Below, in pieces: positions 46,943 through 57,739 of a DNA stretch of 64,000 bases (position 1 is the stretch's first letter; each line of letters starts with the position of its first letter). Source of the DNA: Vicinamibacteria bacterium (GTDB lineage: Bacteria > Acidobacteriota > Vicinamibacteria > Fen-336); contig CAUZDW010000008.1 of NCBI GenBank assembly GCA_963578825.1, forward strand, positions 24,640 to 88,639, read 5' to 3'. The notes beneath the pieces are model-generated. The model was not told where the DNA came from and searched no databases. It worked only from the letters and a program-made list of their open reading frames with translations. The position numbers and the translations under genes were made by a program.

Positions 46943-47406
46943 TCGCCGTCGACGAACTCGTGCTCGGCGAGGCGGACAGTGAGCACCGGGCATGGCGCAC
47001 GACGGACCACCCGCTCGGTCGTCGAGCCGAACAGAGCCTGATCCAGCATTCCCTTACCGTGGGTTCCGAGCACGATCATGTCGACCTCGTTTTCCCCGGC
47101 GAAGCGGATGATCTCGGCCGACGGCTTTCCTTGAACGACCTGCTCCACGACTTCGACCTTCTTCTCGCGGGCCAGAGTCCCGAGCTTGCCGAGCTCGGTC
47201 TTCGCGTAGCCCGAGATCTCCTGGAACACCTCGGCCATGGGTACGGGGAAGAGGTCGCTCGCGTAGCCCACGGTGAGGTTCTCGACGACGTGGAGCAGCG
47301 CGACCTGAGCCGAGTACTCACGAGCGAAGGAGATCCCGTAGGTCAGCGCGTGTCGCGCGCTCTCCGAGAAGTCGGTGGGAACCAGTACCTTCTTGAGCTT
47401 GATCAC
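46939..47406 (-). CDS. Universal stress protein (UspA family)
   Basis: [17 protein letters not shown]…[37 protein letters not shown]. Confidence 0.8.
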   Translation of the reverse strand: MIKLKKVLVPTDFSESARHALTYGISFAREYSAQVALLHVVENLTVGYASDLFPVPMAEVFQEISGYAKTELGKLGTLAREKKVEVVEQVVQGKPSAEIIRFAGENEVDMIVLGTHGKGMLDQALFGSTTERVVRRAPCPVLTVRLAEHEFVDGD

Positions 47407-47572
47407 TCCCCACCTCCGGTGTGGGCCCCTCTACGTGGCGGAGCCTCGCAGATTGCGACGCTATTCTATCGTCGGCGCGGGGTGGTCGGAAAGGGCAAAA
47501 CAGGGGGCGTTTGACGGCGATGGCGGGGCGAGCCTATGCTTCGATGATGGCGACGCCAGCGGGAGTGGGCCT

Positions 47573-47857
47573 GTGATCCGCGGGATCATCTACTTGATTT
47601 ACGGGCTCATCGTGATGTTTCTTTTTCGCCTGGTCACCCGCTCGATCGTGCGCTTCTTCGCCGCTCCGGCAGACGTCCAGCGCCGGGAACGCCGGCCCGG
47701 GTCCCCGGTCGCCGAGGATCTCGTCCGCGATCCGATCTGCAACACGTTCGTGCCCCGATCGCGGGCGCTCACGGCTCTCGTTCAGGGCCACGAGGAGCAC
47801 TTCTGCTCCGAGGCGTGTCGCGATCGCGCCCGTGCGACGGCACCCCGGGCGTCGTAA
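47573..47857 (+). CDS. Small membrane protein with C-terminal YHS/TRASH-like metal-binding motif
   Basis: GTG start. One TM helix (IIYLIYGLIVMFLFRLV), then DPICNTFVPRSRALTALVQGHEEHFCSEACRD, matching DP-x-C-x-M/T ... G-x-x-YYFCSxxC. The TAA stop lies 11 nt before dinB. Confidence 0.4.
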   Translation: MIRGIIYLIYGLIVMFLFRLVTRSIVRFFAAPADVQRRERRPGSPVAEDLVRDPICNTFVPRSRALTALVQGHEEHFCSEACRDRARATAPRAS

Positions 47858-47868
47858 GACGGGGGGCC

Positions 47869-49095
47869 ATGCCTTCCCCGACGAGCCCGGGACGGCCCCG
47901 CTCGATACTTCATCTCGACATGGACGCCTTCTTCGCGGCGGTCGAGCAACGCGACAGGCCCGAGCTGAAGGGGCGGCCAGTCATCATCGGAGCCGACCCG
48001 AAAGGCGGTCGAGGGCGGGGTGTGGTCTCGACGGCCTCATACGAAGCGCGTCGCTTCGGGGTAGGGAGCGCCATGCCGATCTCGCAGGCCTTCCGCGCGT
48101 GCCCGCACGGCGTCTACCTGCCCCCGGACATCGAGCTCTACTCCCGGGAGTCCCGGCGCATCATGGACATCCTGCGGCGCGTCACCGATCGCGTGGAGCC
48201 GGTCTCGATCGACGAGGCCTTCCTCGACGTGACCGCCGGTGAGCGCGCTTTCGGAACCGGGGAGACCGTGGCCAGGCGGCTGAAGAAGGAGATCCGGGAC
48301 GAGACCGGCCTCACCGCCTCCGTGGGCGTCGCGACGTCCAAGCTCGTGGCCAAGGTGGCCTCCGACATGCGCAAGCCCGACGGCCTGGTCGTGGTGGTGC
48401 CCGGGGAAGAGGCCGCCTTTCTCGCCCCGCTCCCGATGCGACGGCTCTGGGGCGTCGGGCCGAAGATGGAGGAGCGGCTCGCGAAGCTGGGCGTCGTGAC
48501 CATCGGCGACCTAGCCGCCCTCGAGCACGGACGGCTCGAGAACCGGCTCGGGACCCACGGCCAGGACCTTCAGAAGCTGGCCCGGGGGATCGACGAGCGA
48601 GCGGTTCACGGCGAGTCCGAAGGGGCCAAGAGCATCGGCCAGGAGCACACCTTCGACACCGACACCGCGGACGCCGAGCGACTCCGCGCGTTACTGCTCT
48701 CTCTTGCCGACAGCGTCGCTGCACGCCTGCGCTCCCATGGCCTCAAGGGCCGCACCCTCACCCTCAAGTACCGCGACGAGACGTTCCGCACGAGGACTCA
48801 CGCTCGCACGCTGGGGGCCGGCGTGGACTCCGGCAACGCGATCTTCGACGTGATCTTTGCCTTGTTCGAGGACGTTCACGGGGGCAGAAGGGTCCGGCTC
48901 CTGGGGATCTACGCATCCCACTTCGGGTCGGGCTCCCCCCAGCTCGATCTCTTCCCGGAAACGGACGAGTCCCCCGGGGCAGCCGACCGCCTCCGCGACG
49001 AGGTCGCCCGACGCTTCGGGAAGGGGTCGCTCACCCGGGCGAGCCTGGTCGGCCACCGGGAGAGGCGCAATCCCTCCGACCGACCGACCGAGTAG
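47869..49095 (+). CDS. dinB: DNA polymerase IV (Y-family)
   Basis: ILHLDMDAFFAAVEQRDRPELKGRPVIIG...SIDEAFLDV...ASVGVATSKLVAKVASDMRKPDG, the canonical DinB motifs. Confidence 0.85.
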   Translation: MPSPTSPGRPRSILHLDMDAFFAAVEQRDRPELKGRPVIIGADPKGGRGRGVVSTASYEARRFGVGSAMPISQAFRACPHGVYLPPDIELYSRESRRIMDILRRVTDRVEPVSIDEAFLDVTAGERAFGTGETVARRLKKEIRDETGLTASVGVATSKLVAKVASDMRKPDGLVVVVPGEEAAFLAPLPMRRLWGVGPKMEERLAKLGVVTIGDLAALEHGRLENRLGTHGQDLQKLARGIDERAVHGESEGAKSIGQEHTFDTDTADAERLRALLLSLADSVAARLRSHGLKGRTLTLKYRDETFRTRTHARTLGAGVDSGNAIFDVIFALFEDVHGGRRVRLLGIYASHFGSGSPQLDLFPETDESPGAADRLRDEVARRFGKGSLTRASLVGHRERRNPSDRPTE

Positions 49096-49144
49096 GCCAC
49101 GTCGCTCATCCGCGACGCCTGCGAGGGCGAAGGCCAGGACCCGA

Positions 49145-50055
49145 CTAGTGTGGCCGCGCCAGCACGGCGAGCGCTGCTGCGCCCAGGCCCAGGGTCTCGC
49201 GCCACGGGAGGGACAAGCGATCCCCCGAGAAGAGTCGGGGCGCCGAGCCTGATGAAGCCATCTCCTGCAACCGGTCGCGAACGTTGTGGAGCTCACGAGC
49301 AAGATCGACAGTCGATGCGTAGCGCTCGGCGGGTTGCTTCTCGAGGCAGCGTTCGACGATCCACCGCGCCGGTGCGGGAAAAGAGGGGTTCAGCGACGAA
49401 AGAGGCTCCGGAGGAGCCTCGATGATTGCGGTCAGGGTCTGGGGCGGACTGTCGCGACGGAACGCCTGCCTCCCCGTCGCCATCTCGTAGACGATCGCCC
49501 CGAAGGAGAACTGATCGGACCGGAAGTCCACCACCTGGCCACGGGCCTGCTCGGGCGACATGTACCCGACGGTGCCAAGGACCGCGCCGTCCGCGGTCCT
49601 TGGAGAGTCCGGGCTGGCCGGCCAGGTGGAAAACTCCGAGCCGAACCAGACCTCTCGATCCCCGGAGGAGTGGCCCGCAGCTTGGCGAGACCGAAGTCGA
49701 GGACCTTGACGAGCCCGTCTCCGGTGACCATCACGCTCTCCGGCTTGAGGTCTCGGTGCACGATCTCCCGGAGGGTCTGTCCCTCGACGAGCTCCATCAC
49801 GATGTAGTGAAGGCCGGACTCTTCCCCGATCTCGTGGATCGTCACGATGTTCGGGTGGTTGAGGGAAGAGACCGCTCGGGATTCCTGGGCGAAGCGGGCG
49901 AGCCGAATCGGGTCGGACGCGAACCGCTCGGGAAGGAACTTCACCGCCACGTCGCAGTGGAGATCCTGGTCGTGGGCGCGGAAGACCTCTCCCATTCCCC
50001 CGACCCCGAGCTTGCCCGTGAGCTCGTAACGGCCGAACCGCATGCCAACCGACAC
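49145..50055 (-). pseudogene. Decayed Hanks-type Ser/Thr kinase (frameshift plus internal deletion)
   Basis: The N-terminal frame reads [20 protein letters not shown]...VAVKFL...HRDLKP...[10 protein letters not shown]. The activation-loop/APE region ([35 protein letters not shown]) continues in a different frame (track ORF 49145..49561). The segment between helix C and HRD (…[15 protein letters not shown]) is about 30 aa shorter than in kinase 1. Confidence 0.65.
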
Positions 50056-50077
50056 AGGTACGAGGGCCCCCTCTCGA

Positions 50078-51844
50078 TTATCTGTAGAGCGCTTCTATGG
50101 CGTCGCGATGATTCTCGTGGATCACTCGACGCTTCAGCTTCATCGTCGGCGTGAGCTCGGAGCTCTCGGTCGTCAACTCCCTGGGAAGCAGCGCGATGCG
50201 CTTGATCGACTCGTAGCGGGCCAGACCGCGGTTGATCTCTTCGACCTGCCCCTCGACGTACGCCCTGAAGATTGGACAGGCGGCGGCGGCCTCCGGCGTG
50301 CGCGCGGGACTCTCTGCCTTCTCCGCCTCCTGGACCACCCGGCTCGGGTCCACGGCCAGCAGAGCGACGAGGTACGGGCGGCGATCCCCGATGGCCACCG
50401 CCTGGGAGATCGCCGGGATCTGCTTGAGCTTGCCCTCGAGGAACTGGGGGGCGATGTTCTTCCCGCCGGCGGTGATGATCAGCTCTTTCTTGCGATCCGT
50501 GATCCGCACGAAACCGTCGGCGTCGATCTCGGCCACGTCGCCGCTGTGGAGCCAGCCCTCCGGCTCGATGACCTCCCGGGTGGCGTCGTCGTTCTTGAAA
50601 TAGCCCTTGAAGACGTGGGGGCCGCGCACCAGAAGCTCTCCGTCGTCCCCGAGCTTCATCTCGGTGCCAGGAAGGGGATGGCCGGATCGTCCGGTCCGGT
50701 ACGCCCGGGGCAGCGAGATCGTGGCCGGGCCCGTGAGCTCGCTCATGCCCCAGATGTCCATGATCGGGATCCCGAGGCTCAGGAAGAACTCCTGGGTCTC
50801 CAGGGCCAGGGGAGCAGCGGAGGCGATGGCGAGTCGGGTGGCATCCATTCCCAGCCGCGTCCTCACCTTGGAGAAGACGAGGCGATTGGCGAGCCCCCAG
50901 GTCCAGGGCCGGCCCTGACCGCGCTGGTCCGCGTAGCCGCCGGCAAGGCCCACCCGCCTCGCCCAGGCCGCGATCTTCTTCTTCAAGGGAGAACCCTGGG
51001 CACCCGCAGCCTGGATCCCGGCCTGGATCTTCTCCCAGACGCGGGGGACGCCGAGAAAGACGTGGGGACGCACCTCGCGCAGGTTCTCGCCCAGCTTGTC
51101 GACGCTCTCCGCGAAGTAAACGCAGGCCCCGGTAGCCATCGAGAGATATAGGGAGGAAATCTGCTCGGCGATGTGGGAGAGCGGCAGATAGGAGATGAGA
51201 CGGTCGTCGGAGCGGACCTCGAGCTGCTCGACCATCATCTCGGCGATCCAGGCGATGTTCCGGTGAGTCAGCATCACGGCCTTGGGGGCCCCGGTGGTCC
51301 CGGAGGTGTAGATGAGCGTGCAGACGTCGTCGGGACGGGCCGCAGCCATGCGCGCGTCGATGTCCTTCTCGTCGACCAAGGCGCCGCGCTCGAGCAGCTG
51401 GGCCCACGAGAGGGCGTCCGCTCCAGGCGGCTCCCCTTCCATCAGCACCATGTGCCGAAGCCGCGGCAGCCGGTCGCGTATGGCGAGGAACCTTTCGAGA
51501 TAGTCGCGGTTCTCGACGATCACGACCACTGCCTCGGCGTGCTCGGCAATGTAGTGACACTGCTCCGCGGTGTTCGTCGTGTAGACGCCCGCCGGGAGCC
51601 CGCCCACCGCCATGGCGGCGGCGTTGGCCACGTACCACTCCGGGCGACTGAAGCCCATGATCGCGACGCCCGCTCCCGGGGTCACCCCGAGGGCGACCAG
51701 CCCGCGTGCCGCCTGGCGGACGAGCGCCCGGTACTCGGCCCAGGTGATGGTCTCCCAGGCTCCTTTGTGCTTGTGCCGCATCGCAGGGCGGTCGGCGTGG
51801 GCACGAGCGGTCGCCTCGAAGACCTGGAACACGGTGTCGGGCAT
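50078..51844 (-). CDS. Long-chain fatty-acid--CoA ligase (AMP-dependent synthetase)
   Basis: AMP-binding motif [14 protein letters not shown]; ...GYGMSE-like WGMSELTG...; C-terminal [19 protein letters not shown]. Confidence 0.85.
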   Translation of the reverse strand: MPDTVFQVFEATARAHADRPAMRHKHKGAWETITWAEYRALVRQAARGLVALGVTPGAGVAIMGFSRPEWYVANAAAMAVGGLPAGVYTTNTAEQCHYIAEHAEAVVVIVENRDYLERFLAIRDRLPRLRHMVLMEGEPPGADALSWAQLLERGALVDEKDIDARMAAARPDDVCTLIYTSGTTGAPKAVMLTHRNIAWIAEMMVEQLEVRSDDRLISYLPLSHIAEQISSLYLSMATGACVYFAESVDKLGENLREVRPHVFLGVPRVWEKIQAGIQAAGAQGSPLKKKIAAWARRVGLAGGYADQRGQGRPWTWGLANRLVFSKVRTRLGMDATRLAIASAAPLALETQEFFLSLGIPIMDIWGMSELTGPATISLPRAYRTGRSGHPLPGTEMKLGDDGELLVRGPHVFKGYFKNDDATREVIEPEGWLHSGDVAEIDADGFVRITDRKKELIITAGGKNIAPQFLEGKLKQIPAISQAVAIGDRRPYLVALLAVDPSRVVQEAEKAESPARTPEAAAACPIFRAYVEGQVEEINRGLARYESIKRIALLPRELTTESSELTPTMKLKRRVIHENHRDAIEALYR

Positions 51845-52001
51845 GAAACCTCCGGCGCAGAGCGTGGTGTGACACAGACACTAGGACCCGTGCAGGGGGG
51901 TGTCAAGGGTCAACGCCGATCGGAGGGCGGTTTGGACGACTTGGCGCGTGAGCCCGCGGCTCTCGGGTCGAGAGCTATGCTCCGCGGAATCCGGAGGGTC
52001 C

Positions 52002-53708
52002 ATGCTCATCCGCACCACCGTCTGCGTCGCGCTCCTGGCCCAGGTTTCTCCCTCGAGCACAGGCGAAGACGGAGCTGCCGATCTCGTCCTACGAAACGCC
52101 GTCGTTCATACGGTGGACCCGGCGCGGCCCCGGGCTCAGGCCCTCGCCATCCGAGGTGGTCGCATCCTGGCTGTGGGCTCGAACGAGGAGGTCCAGACGC
52201 TCGTGGGCCCGGAGACGCGGGTCCGGGACCTGGCCGGTCGCACGGTGGTGCCGGGCTTCGACGACTCCCACGCCCATCTCCTGGGAATCGGTTTCGCGCG
52301 GCTCGACGTGAACCTGCGGGGCACCACGAGCTACGCCGAGGTCGTCGAACGGGCCGCAGCGGCGGTGAAGACCCGCCGGCCAGGGGAGTGGATTCGCGGC
52401 CGCGGGTGGCACGAGGAGAAGTGGTCGGCACCGGCTTCAGGGTCGGTCAAGGGCTTCCCGACCCACGAAGCGCTTTCCGCCGTCTCGCCCGACAACCCGA
52501 TTCTCCTCGCGCGGGCCGACGGCCACGCGGTGCTGGCCAACGCGAGAGCGATGTCGCTGCTGGGCATCACCGGCGAAACGCCAACGCCCCAGGGAGGCGA
52601 GATCATCCGCGACAGCACCGGGGAGCCGACGGGCCTCTTCGTGGACAACGCCCAGGGCCTGCTCGGGGCCCCGGAGAGAACCGATTCGGAGCGGCGCCGA
52701 GCTCTGGATCTCGCGATGGACGAGTGCCTCGAGAAAGGCGTCACCAGCCTGACCGACGCCGGCGCCACGGAAGAAACGTTGGCTCTCTACAGGGCCTTCG
52801 CGGAGACGGGGCGGCTTCGCACACGGGTCTACGCCATGGTGTCCGGGCAGCGGACGATGCGTGCGGTGGGCCGGCCCGAGATCGGCCTAGGTGACGGTTT
52901 CCTCACGATCCGTGCGGTGAAGCTGTACGCCGACGGGCCCCTCGGCTCCCGGGGCGCAGCTCTCCTCGAGCCCTATGCGGACGACCCCGGCAACGTCGGC
53001 CTTCTGGTGACACCGCCCGAGCGCCTCCGCGAGGCGACGCGGGACGCGCTGGCACGAGGCTTCCAGGTCGGGATCCACGCGATCGGAGACCGGGCCAACC
53101 GGATCGTGCTGGACATATACGAGGAGGCCATGAATGAGGCCGCTTTGGGGGAGAGTCCTCGTTTCCGAATCGAGCATGCACAGCTCATCGACGCGAAGGA
53201 CATCCCTCGTTGCGGCCGCCTCGGAGTGCTCGCGGTGATGCAGGGCATCCACTGCACCTCCGATCGACCCTGGGCTCCCCGCAGGCTGGGTGAGGCCCGC
53301 GTGAACGAGGGGGCCTACGTGTGGCACAAGCTCCTCTCCTCTGGAGCGCGAGCCATCAACGGTACGGACGCCCCGGTCGAGGACCTCTCTCCCATCGAGA
53401 ATTTCTACGCCACCGTCACCCGGCAGGATGCGGCGGGGCGGCCACGGGGCGGCTTCGACCCCGACCAGAGGCTGAGCCGCGAGGAGGCGCTCCAGATGAT
53501 GACCAGGGACGCGGCCTACGCCAGCTTCGAGGAGTCGCGGAAGGGCTCCATCGAGCCCGGGAAGCTCGCCGGCCTCGTCGTCCTCTCCCGGGACACCCTG
53601 TCCGTGCCCGACGAGGAGCTCCTCGGGACGAAGGTCCTCGCCACGATCGTGAACGGCCGGGTGCTCTATGAGAGCCCCGAGCTCGCGGTAAACAGCGGCC
53701 CGCCGTGA
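52002..53708 (+). CDS. Amidohydrolase-3 (YtcJ-like) metal-dependent hydrolase, secreted
   Basis: Signal MLIRTTVCVALLAQVSPS; VVPGFDDSHAHLLGIG (HxH); ...GIHAIGDRANR...; C-terminal VLSRDTLSVPDEEL. Confidence 0.8.
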   Translation: MLIRTTVCVALLAQVSPSSTGEDGAADLVLRNAVVHTVDPARPRAQALAIRGGRILAVGSNEEVQTLVGPETRVRDLAGRTVVPGFDDSHAHLLGIGFARLDVNLRGTTSYAEVVERAAAAVKTRRPGEWIRGRGWHEEKWSAPASGSVKGFPTHEALSAVSPDNPILLARADGHAVLANARAMSLLGITGETPTPQGGEIIRDSTGEPTGLFVDNAQGLLGAPERTDSERRRALDLAMDECLEKGVTSLTDAGATEETLALYRAFAETGRLRTRVYAMVSGQRTMRAVGRPEIGLGDGFLTIRAVKLYADGPLGSRGAALLEPYADDPGNVGLLVTPPERLREATRDALARGFQVGIHAIGDRANRIVLDIYEEAMNEAALGESPRFRIEHAQLIDAKDIPRCGRLGVLAVMQGIHCTSDRPWAPRRLGEARVNEGAYVWHKLLSSGARAINGTDAPVEDLSPIENFYATVTRQDAAGRPRGGFDPDQRLSREEALQMMTRDAAYASFEESRKGSIEPGKLAGLVVLSRDTLSVPDEELLGTKVLATIVNGRVLYESPELAVNSGPP

Positions 53709-53712
53709 GCGA

Positions 53713-56391
53713 TCAGCGACCCCGGGGACGGCTCACGAGATTGGCCAGAAGCCGCCAGCCCCCGGGGACGCCGGCCGGGACCTGCCGGAAGAGCACGAGG
53801 CCCACGTAGGTCCAGGTCCCCTTGCCGACGCTGGCGTCGACGAGGATCCCCTTCTTCTCCCCGAGGTTGTTCGGGAAGGGATCGGTGGCGGCAAGAATCT
53901 CCACGTATCGAGGGTCTCTCGTGGCGAGAAAGTAGATCCCTCGCTCCTGCACCCACCCGGACCAGTCTGCATCGCCGAGCCGATTGGGCGCTGTGAGAAG
54001 AGCGTGGTCGGGGGCGAGGATCGTGAAGGATGCCGTCTCGTCGGTGATCCGCTGGCGGGTCACTGCCGCCGGGTAGGGGGCGAAGGGGCTCTCCGCCTCG
54101 CCACGGGATCGCCCCCGTGCGCGGCGGGGCGAAACCTGGTTGAACGCGAAGCGGTTGTATTGGACGACGAGGTGCCCGCCCGCCTCGACCCACTCCATGA
54201 GCCGATGGTGCACGGAGCGGAGATCGCGGCGGTTCTCGTACGCACGAATGCCGGTCACGATCGTCGAGAAGCGGGTCAAGTCTCCAAACGCCAGATCCTC
54301 GGCGGTGAGGAGCGTGAGGGGGACACCGAGCTGGCGAATGCCGTCGGCGACCGCATCTCCCGATCCCATCACGTAGCCGACCGAGGCGTCCGGCGCGACC
54401 CGGACGTCGAGGACGAGCACGTGCACTCGAGCGGCGTGGAGACGCTGTCGCCGGTGTGTGTGGTCGTAGGCGATCGCCTGCACAGTGTCCCGGTACTCGC
54501 GGCCCGCTCGAGAGGCAACGGCCTGGAGAACCACGGTGCCCGCGGTCGGCCGCGCCGGCGGCGTCACCTCGAAACGGGCGGCCACCTCTTCGCCCTCGTA
54601 GGCGAAGTGAAGCCGCATCTCGGATGGCTCGACGGTCCACCCCTCGGGCACCTCCAGCCGGACCATGGCCTCTCCGGTCCCGGAAGCGTTGTGGCGGGCG
54701 AAGACCCGAACCTCCAGGGGATGCCCCGCACCCGCCAGGGGCACGGCGGCTCGCTCCGGCGACACGCGAACCGATACCTCCGGGACGACCTGCACCACGT
54801 GCTGCTTCTCGCCTCCGACGAACGGACCGGGGTAGCGAAAGCGGGCGGGGGCCGTGAGCGTCGTCAGGGCGCCGGCGATGTGGATCTGCAGGCGGGCGAC
54901 GACGGCGGGCGGAGTCCAGGGGAGCGTCTCGTGAGCCGACACATCGAGGGCGTGGCGGTCGAGATCGCTCCGCCGGTGCCAGTAGGGTCCCGAGGGTCGG
55001 GCGTCGGCAGGCACGGTCACCGTGAACGTCAGACGCTCCTCCCCCGCGCCATCGATCCTTCCCATGACGGTCTGCGGCGCGGCAACCGTCCACCCCTCGG
55101 GCACCTCGACGGTGACATCGTCGACGTCGACGGGCGCGTCACCGTGGTTCCAGGCAGAGACGGTCACCTCGAACGACTGGCCAGGCGTCACCAGCCCGTC
55201 CTCGGCCCGGGCTTCGACGACGAGGCCCTGGGCCAGCACCAGGGCGCGCTCGATGTCCCGCTCTTCGTCCTTCAGGCGGGTGGCGATCTCGCCGCGGGCG
55301 ACGGAGTCAGGGACTTCGACGGGCAATCGCTCCAGGAAGGCGCGCGTCGCCTCCAGCGCTTCGGCCAGGGGGGGCGCCGCGTCGTCCAGGACCAGCGGGT
55401 TGAACGAATCCCGGGCGAGGGAAGCCTTCTCCTGCAGCTCGGCCAGCGAAGAACCGAGCGCGGACCCGGGGGCGAAGCGCGCGAGGCCGACGAGCGTCGT
55501 GTCCACCCCGTCGAGAATATCGTCCTCCGCCGCCTCGATTGCGGGCTCGGCGTCCACCAGGAAGTAGACGCCACGGGCCGGCCCGGGATCAGCCTTGAGC
55601 TGTCCCATGTCCTGGCACCGGTGCATGGATCGAGCAAGGCTTCCGAGCTCCTGCCACGTCATCCCGAGGAGGGGGTCAAAGACACCGGTCGCCATCTCGA
55701 CCGGCGTCCCGGGGAGGTCGACGGGAAAGCCGCCGGTTCCTCCCTGGTAGAGCTTCCGCGCCTGCCACGGCTCGAGACCCGCGCTCAGCTGGTCCGGAAA
55801 CCGCGCCGGGTCGGCGGCGGCGCGAAAGGCGTCCCGTGTGAGCTGGGCCACCGCTTGATGGTGCTGCCCCCCCCGACCGGGTGCCTCCAGCGGGAGAGTC
55901 AGCACGACGTCGGGGCGGAACGAACGGATGACCCGCACGATGTCCCCGGTGGTCTGCTCCCGACCCCACTTCTCCAGCGTCTCCTCCACACTGAAGGAGT
56001 AGCCGAACTCGTAGGGGCGGCCAAAGTACTGCTCCACGGCGTCCATCCGGTGCATCGCCATCAGCTCCTCGGTGCGGAGGACACCGAGGGCGTCGAACAG
56101 CTCGGAGCCAATGGCGTTCTGGCCGCCCTCGCCCCGGGTCAGGGTGAGGAGGGCGGTGCGCAGACCCATTCCGCGGGCCAGGCGGACGAGGAGGCCGTTG
56201 TGCTCGTCGTCAGGGTGAGCGGTGACGTAGAGCACGCGACCGCTCACGCCGACTCGCCTGAGAGCCAGCCCCAGCCCGCTGGCGCCGGTGTCGAGGGCAA
56301 GAGGCTCGAGCGGGGCTGTGGCCACAGCTCCGACGGAGACGACCATCGCCAGGGTCAGGAGCAGGACCAGAAACCTTCGCTCAGGATGCAT
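53713..56391 (-). CDS. Large (892 aa) PIG-L/LmbE-family N-acetylglucosaminyl deacetylase with long C-terminal extension
   Basis: Signal peptide, then VLYVTAHPDDEHNGLLVRLA (PIG-L HPDDE zinc motif). About 650 further aa with no motif I recognise. Confidence 0.7.
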   Translation of the reverse strand: MHPERRFLVLLLTLAMVVSVGAVATAPLEPLALDTGASGLGLALRRVGVSGRVLYVTAHPDDEHNGLLVRLARGMGLRTALLTLTRGEGGQNAIGSELFDALGVLRTEELMAMHRMDAVEQYFGRPYEFGYSFSVEETLEKWGREQTTGDIVRVIRSFRPDVVLTLPLEAPGRGGQHHQAVAQLTRDAFRAAADPARFPDQLSAGLEPWQARKLYQGGTGGFPVDLPGTPVEMATGVFDPLLGMTWQELGSLARSMHRCQDMGQLKADPGPARGVYFLVDAEPAIEAAEDDILDGVDTTLVGLARFAPGSALGSSLAELQEKASLARDSFNPLVLDDAAPPLAEALEATRAFLERLPVEVPDSVARGEIATRLKDEERDIERALVLAQGLVVEARAEDGLVTPGQSFEVTVSAWNHGDAPVDVDDVTVEVPEGWTVAAPQTVMGRIDGAGEERLTFTVTVPADARPSGPYWHRRSDLDRHALDVSAHETLPWTPPAVVARLQIHIAGALTTLTAPARFRYPGPFVGGEKQHVVQVVPEVSVRVSPERAAVPLAGAGHPLEVRVFARHNASGTGEAMVRLEVPEGWTVEPSEMRLHFAYEGEEVAARFEVTPPARPTAGTVVLQAVASRAGREYRDTVQAIAYDHTHRRQRLHAARVHVLVLDVRVAPDASVGYVMGSGDAVADGIRQLGVPLTLLTAEDLAFGDLTRFSTIVTGIRAYENRRDLRSVHHRLMEWVEAGGHLVVQYNRFAFNQVSPRRARGRSRGEAESPFAPYPAAVTRQRITDETASFTILAPDHALLTAPNRLGDADWSGWVQERGIYFLATRDPRYVEILAATDPFPNNLGEKKGILVDASVGKGTWTYVGLVLFRQVPAGVPGGWRLLANLVSRPRGR

Positions 56392-56434
56392 CGAAGCCCC
56401 CTCTTTTTCGGCTCGGTCGACGAACCAACGGCGC

Positions 56435-57634
56435 TCAGCGCCGCTTCAGGTTGAGAACCAGCCGGAGATTGAGGCGCAGCCGCGTGGTGCCCGGCGCGAT
56501 CTCGATGTCGACTGGCACCTCGACCTCGGCCGTCTCTGCGGTCGCCGGGGCTGGCGCGGCGACCGCCGGGGCCGGCGCTGCGGCCGGCGGCGGTGCCGAG
56601 GAGATCGCCGGTGGCGGCGTCGGGGGTGGTGTGACCGGAGCGGCAGGCATCGGGACGTGGCTCGCGCTCCGGTGATCCGGCAGCTCGTCGATCTCCTCGA
56701 GATCCATCTCGATCTCGGGCTCCGGAATCCCCGGGTTGGCGATTCGACGCCTGAGCTCCGCCGCCTCATCCCGCGAGCTCACCAGGGTTCCCTGCGGGTC
56801 GTGGGCAATGACGGCGCTCGGCTGAGGGATCGGTGCTCCGTAGGCGGAAGCCGGCGTGTCCTCGTGGATCACCATCGGGCGAGCGCTGGCGACGGGCTCT
56901 TCGACCTCGACGGCCGGGTCCCCGAGAAGGTTCGGCGCCGGGGCTGGTGCGGGTGCCGGCGGCGGGGCCACGGCGACGGGCGGGGCGGCGCGAGGCGGGG
57001 CGGGGGCCCGGCCCGCTCCTGGAGCGACTGGGGGAGGCGCGGCATCGCCGTACTTCGCCGAGAGCGACTTGAACACGAGCTTCGTGACCGCCTTGAGCGT
57101 GTCCTCGACCCCGGCCCCGTTGACGGCGATCGCCTCGTTGAACGGGTAGTTGTGGGGGTTCATCCGCTCGTTCAGGATCTCGATGGGCAGGGCGTTGGGC
57201 AGGTCTCGCTTGTTGTACTGAAGAACGATGGGGATCTCGTCGGGGTCGATCTCGTTGGCCTCGAGATTCTGTCGCATGTTCTCGAAGCTCTCGAGGTTGG
57301 CATCGAGCATCGCCTCCTGAGAATCACAGACGAAGACCAGAGCGTCGGCTCCCTTCAAGACCATCCGCCGCGTGGCGTTGTAGAACACCTGACCCGGGAC
57401 CGTGTACAGCTGGATGCGGGTCTTCATCCCGCGGATGCTCCCGATCTCGATGGGAAGGAAGTCGAAGAAGAGGGTGCGGTCCGTCTCGGTTGCCAGCGAG
57501 AGCATCTTGCCTTTGTTCTTGATGGGCAGCTTCTCATGGATCCACTGGAGGTTCGTGGTCTTGCCGCACAGTCCTGGCCCGTAGTAGACGATCTTGACCG
57601 TCAGCTCCTTCGTCGAGTAGTTCAAGAAGACCAT
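56435..57634 (-). CDS. MglA-like Ras-superfamily GTPase with about 200-aa Pro/Ala-rich C-terminal extension
   Basis: The first 195 aa read as a close MglA-family GTPase (…KIVYYGPGLCGKTTNLQ…TETDRTLFFDFLPIEIGSIRGMKTRIQLYTVPGQ…VLQYNKRDLPNA…). A low-complexity tail follows (APPPVAPGAGRAPAPP…PAPAPAPAP…PPPTPPPAISSAPPPAAAPAPAVAAPAPA), ending …RLRLNLRLVLNLKRR. Confidence 0.8.
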   Translation of the reverse strand: MVFLNYSTKELTVKIVYYGPGLCGKTTNLQWIHEKLPIKNKGKMLSLATETDRTLFFDFLPIEIGSIRGMKTRIQLYTVPGQVFYNATRRMVLKGADALVFVCDSQEAMLDANLESFENMRQNLEANEIDPDEIPIVLQYNKRDLPNALPIEILNERMNPHNYPFNEAIAVNGAGVEDTLKAVTKLVFKSLSAKYGDAAPPPVAPGAGRAPAPPRAAPPVAVAPPPAPAPAPAPNLLGDPAVEVEEPVASARPMVIHEDTPASAYGAPIPQPSAVIAHDPQGTLVSSRDEAAELRRRIANPGIPEPEIEMDLEEIDELPDHRSASHVPMPAAPVTPPPTPPPAISSAPPPAAAPAPAVAAPAPATAETAEVEVPVDIEIAPGTTRLRLNLRLVLNLKRR

Positions 57635-57739
57635 GCGTTTACGAGCATTTTACGGCCGGCCAGCCGGGCGAATCAACGTGGGCTGCTAGAATCGTCCTCC
57701 CGGGAGGACGGACGCCCATTTCCCGCAGGAGACAGACAG

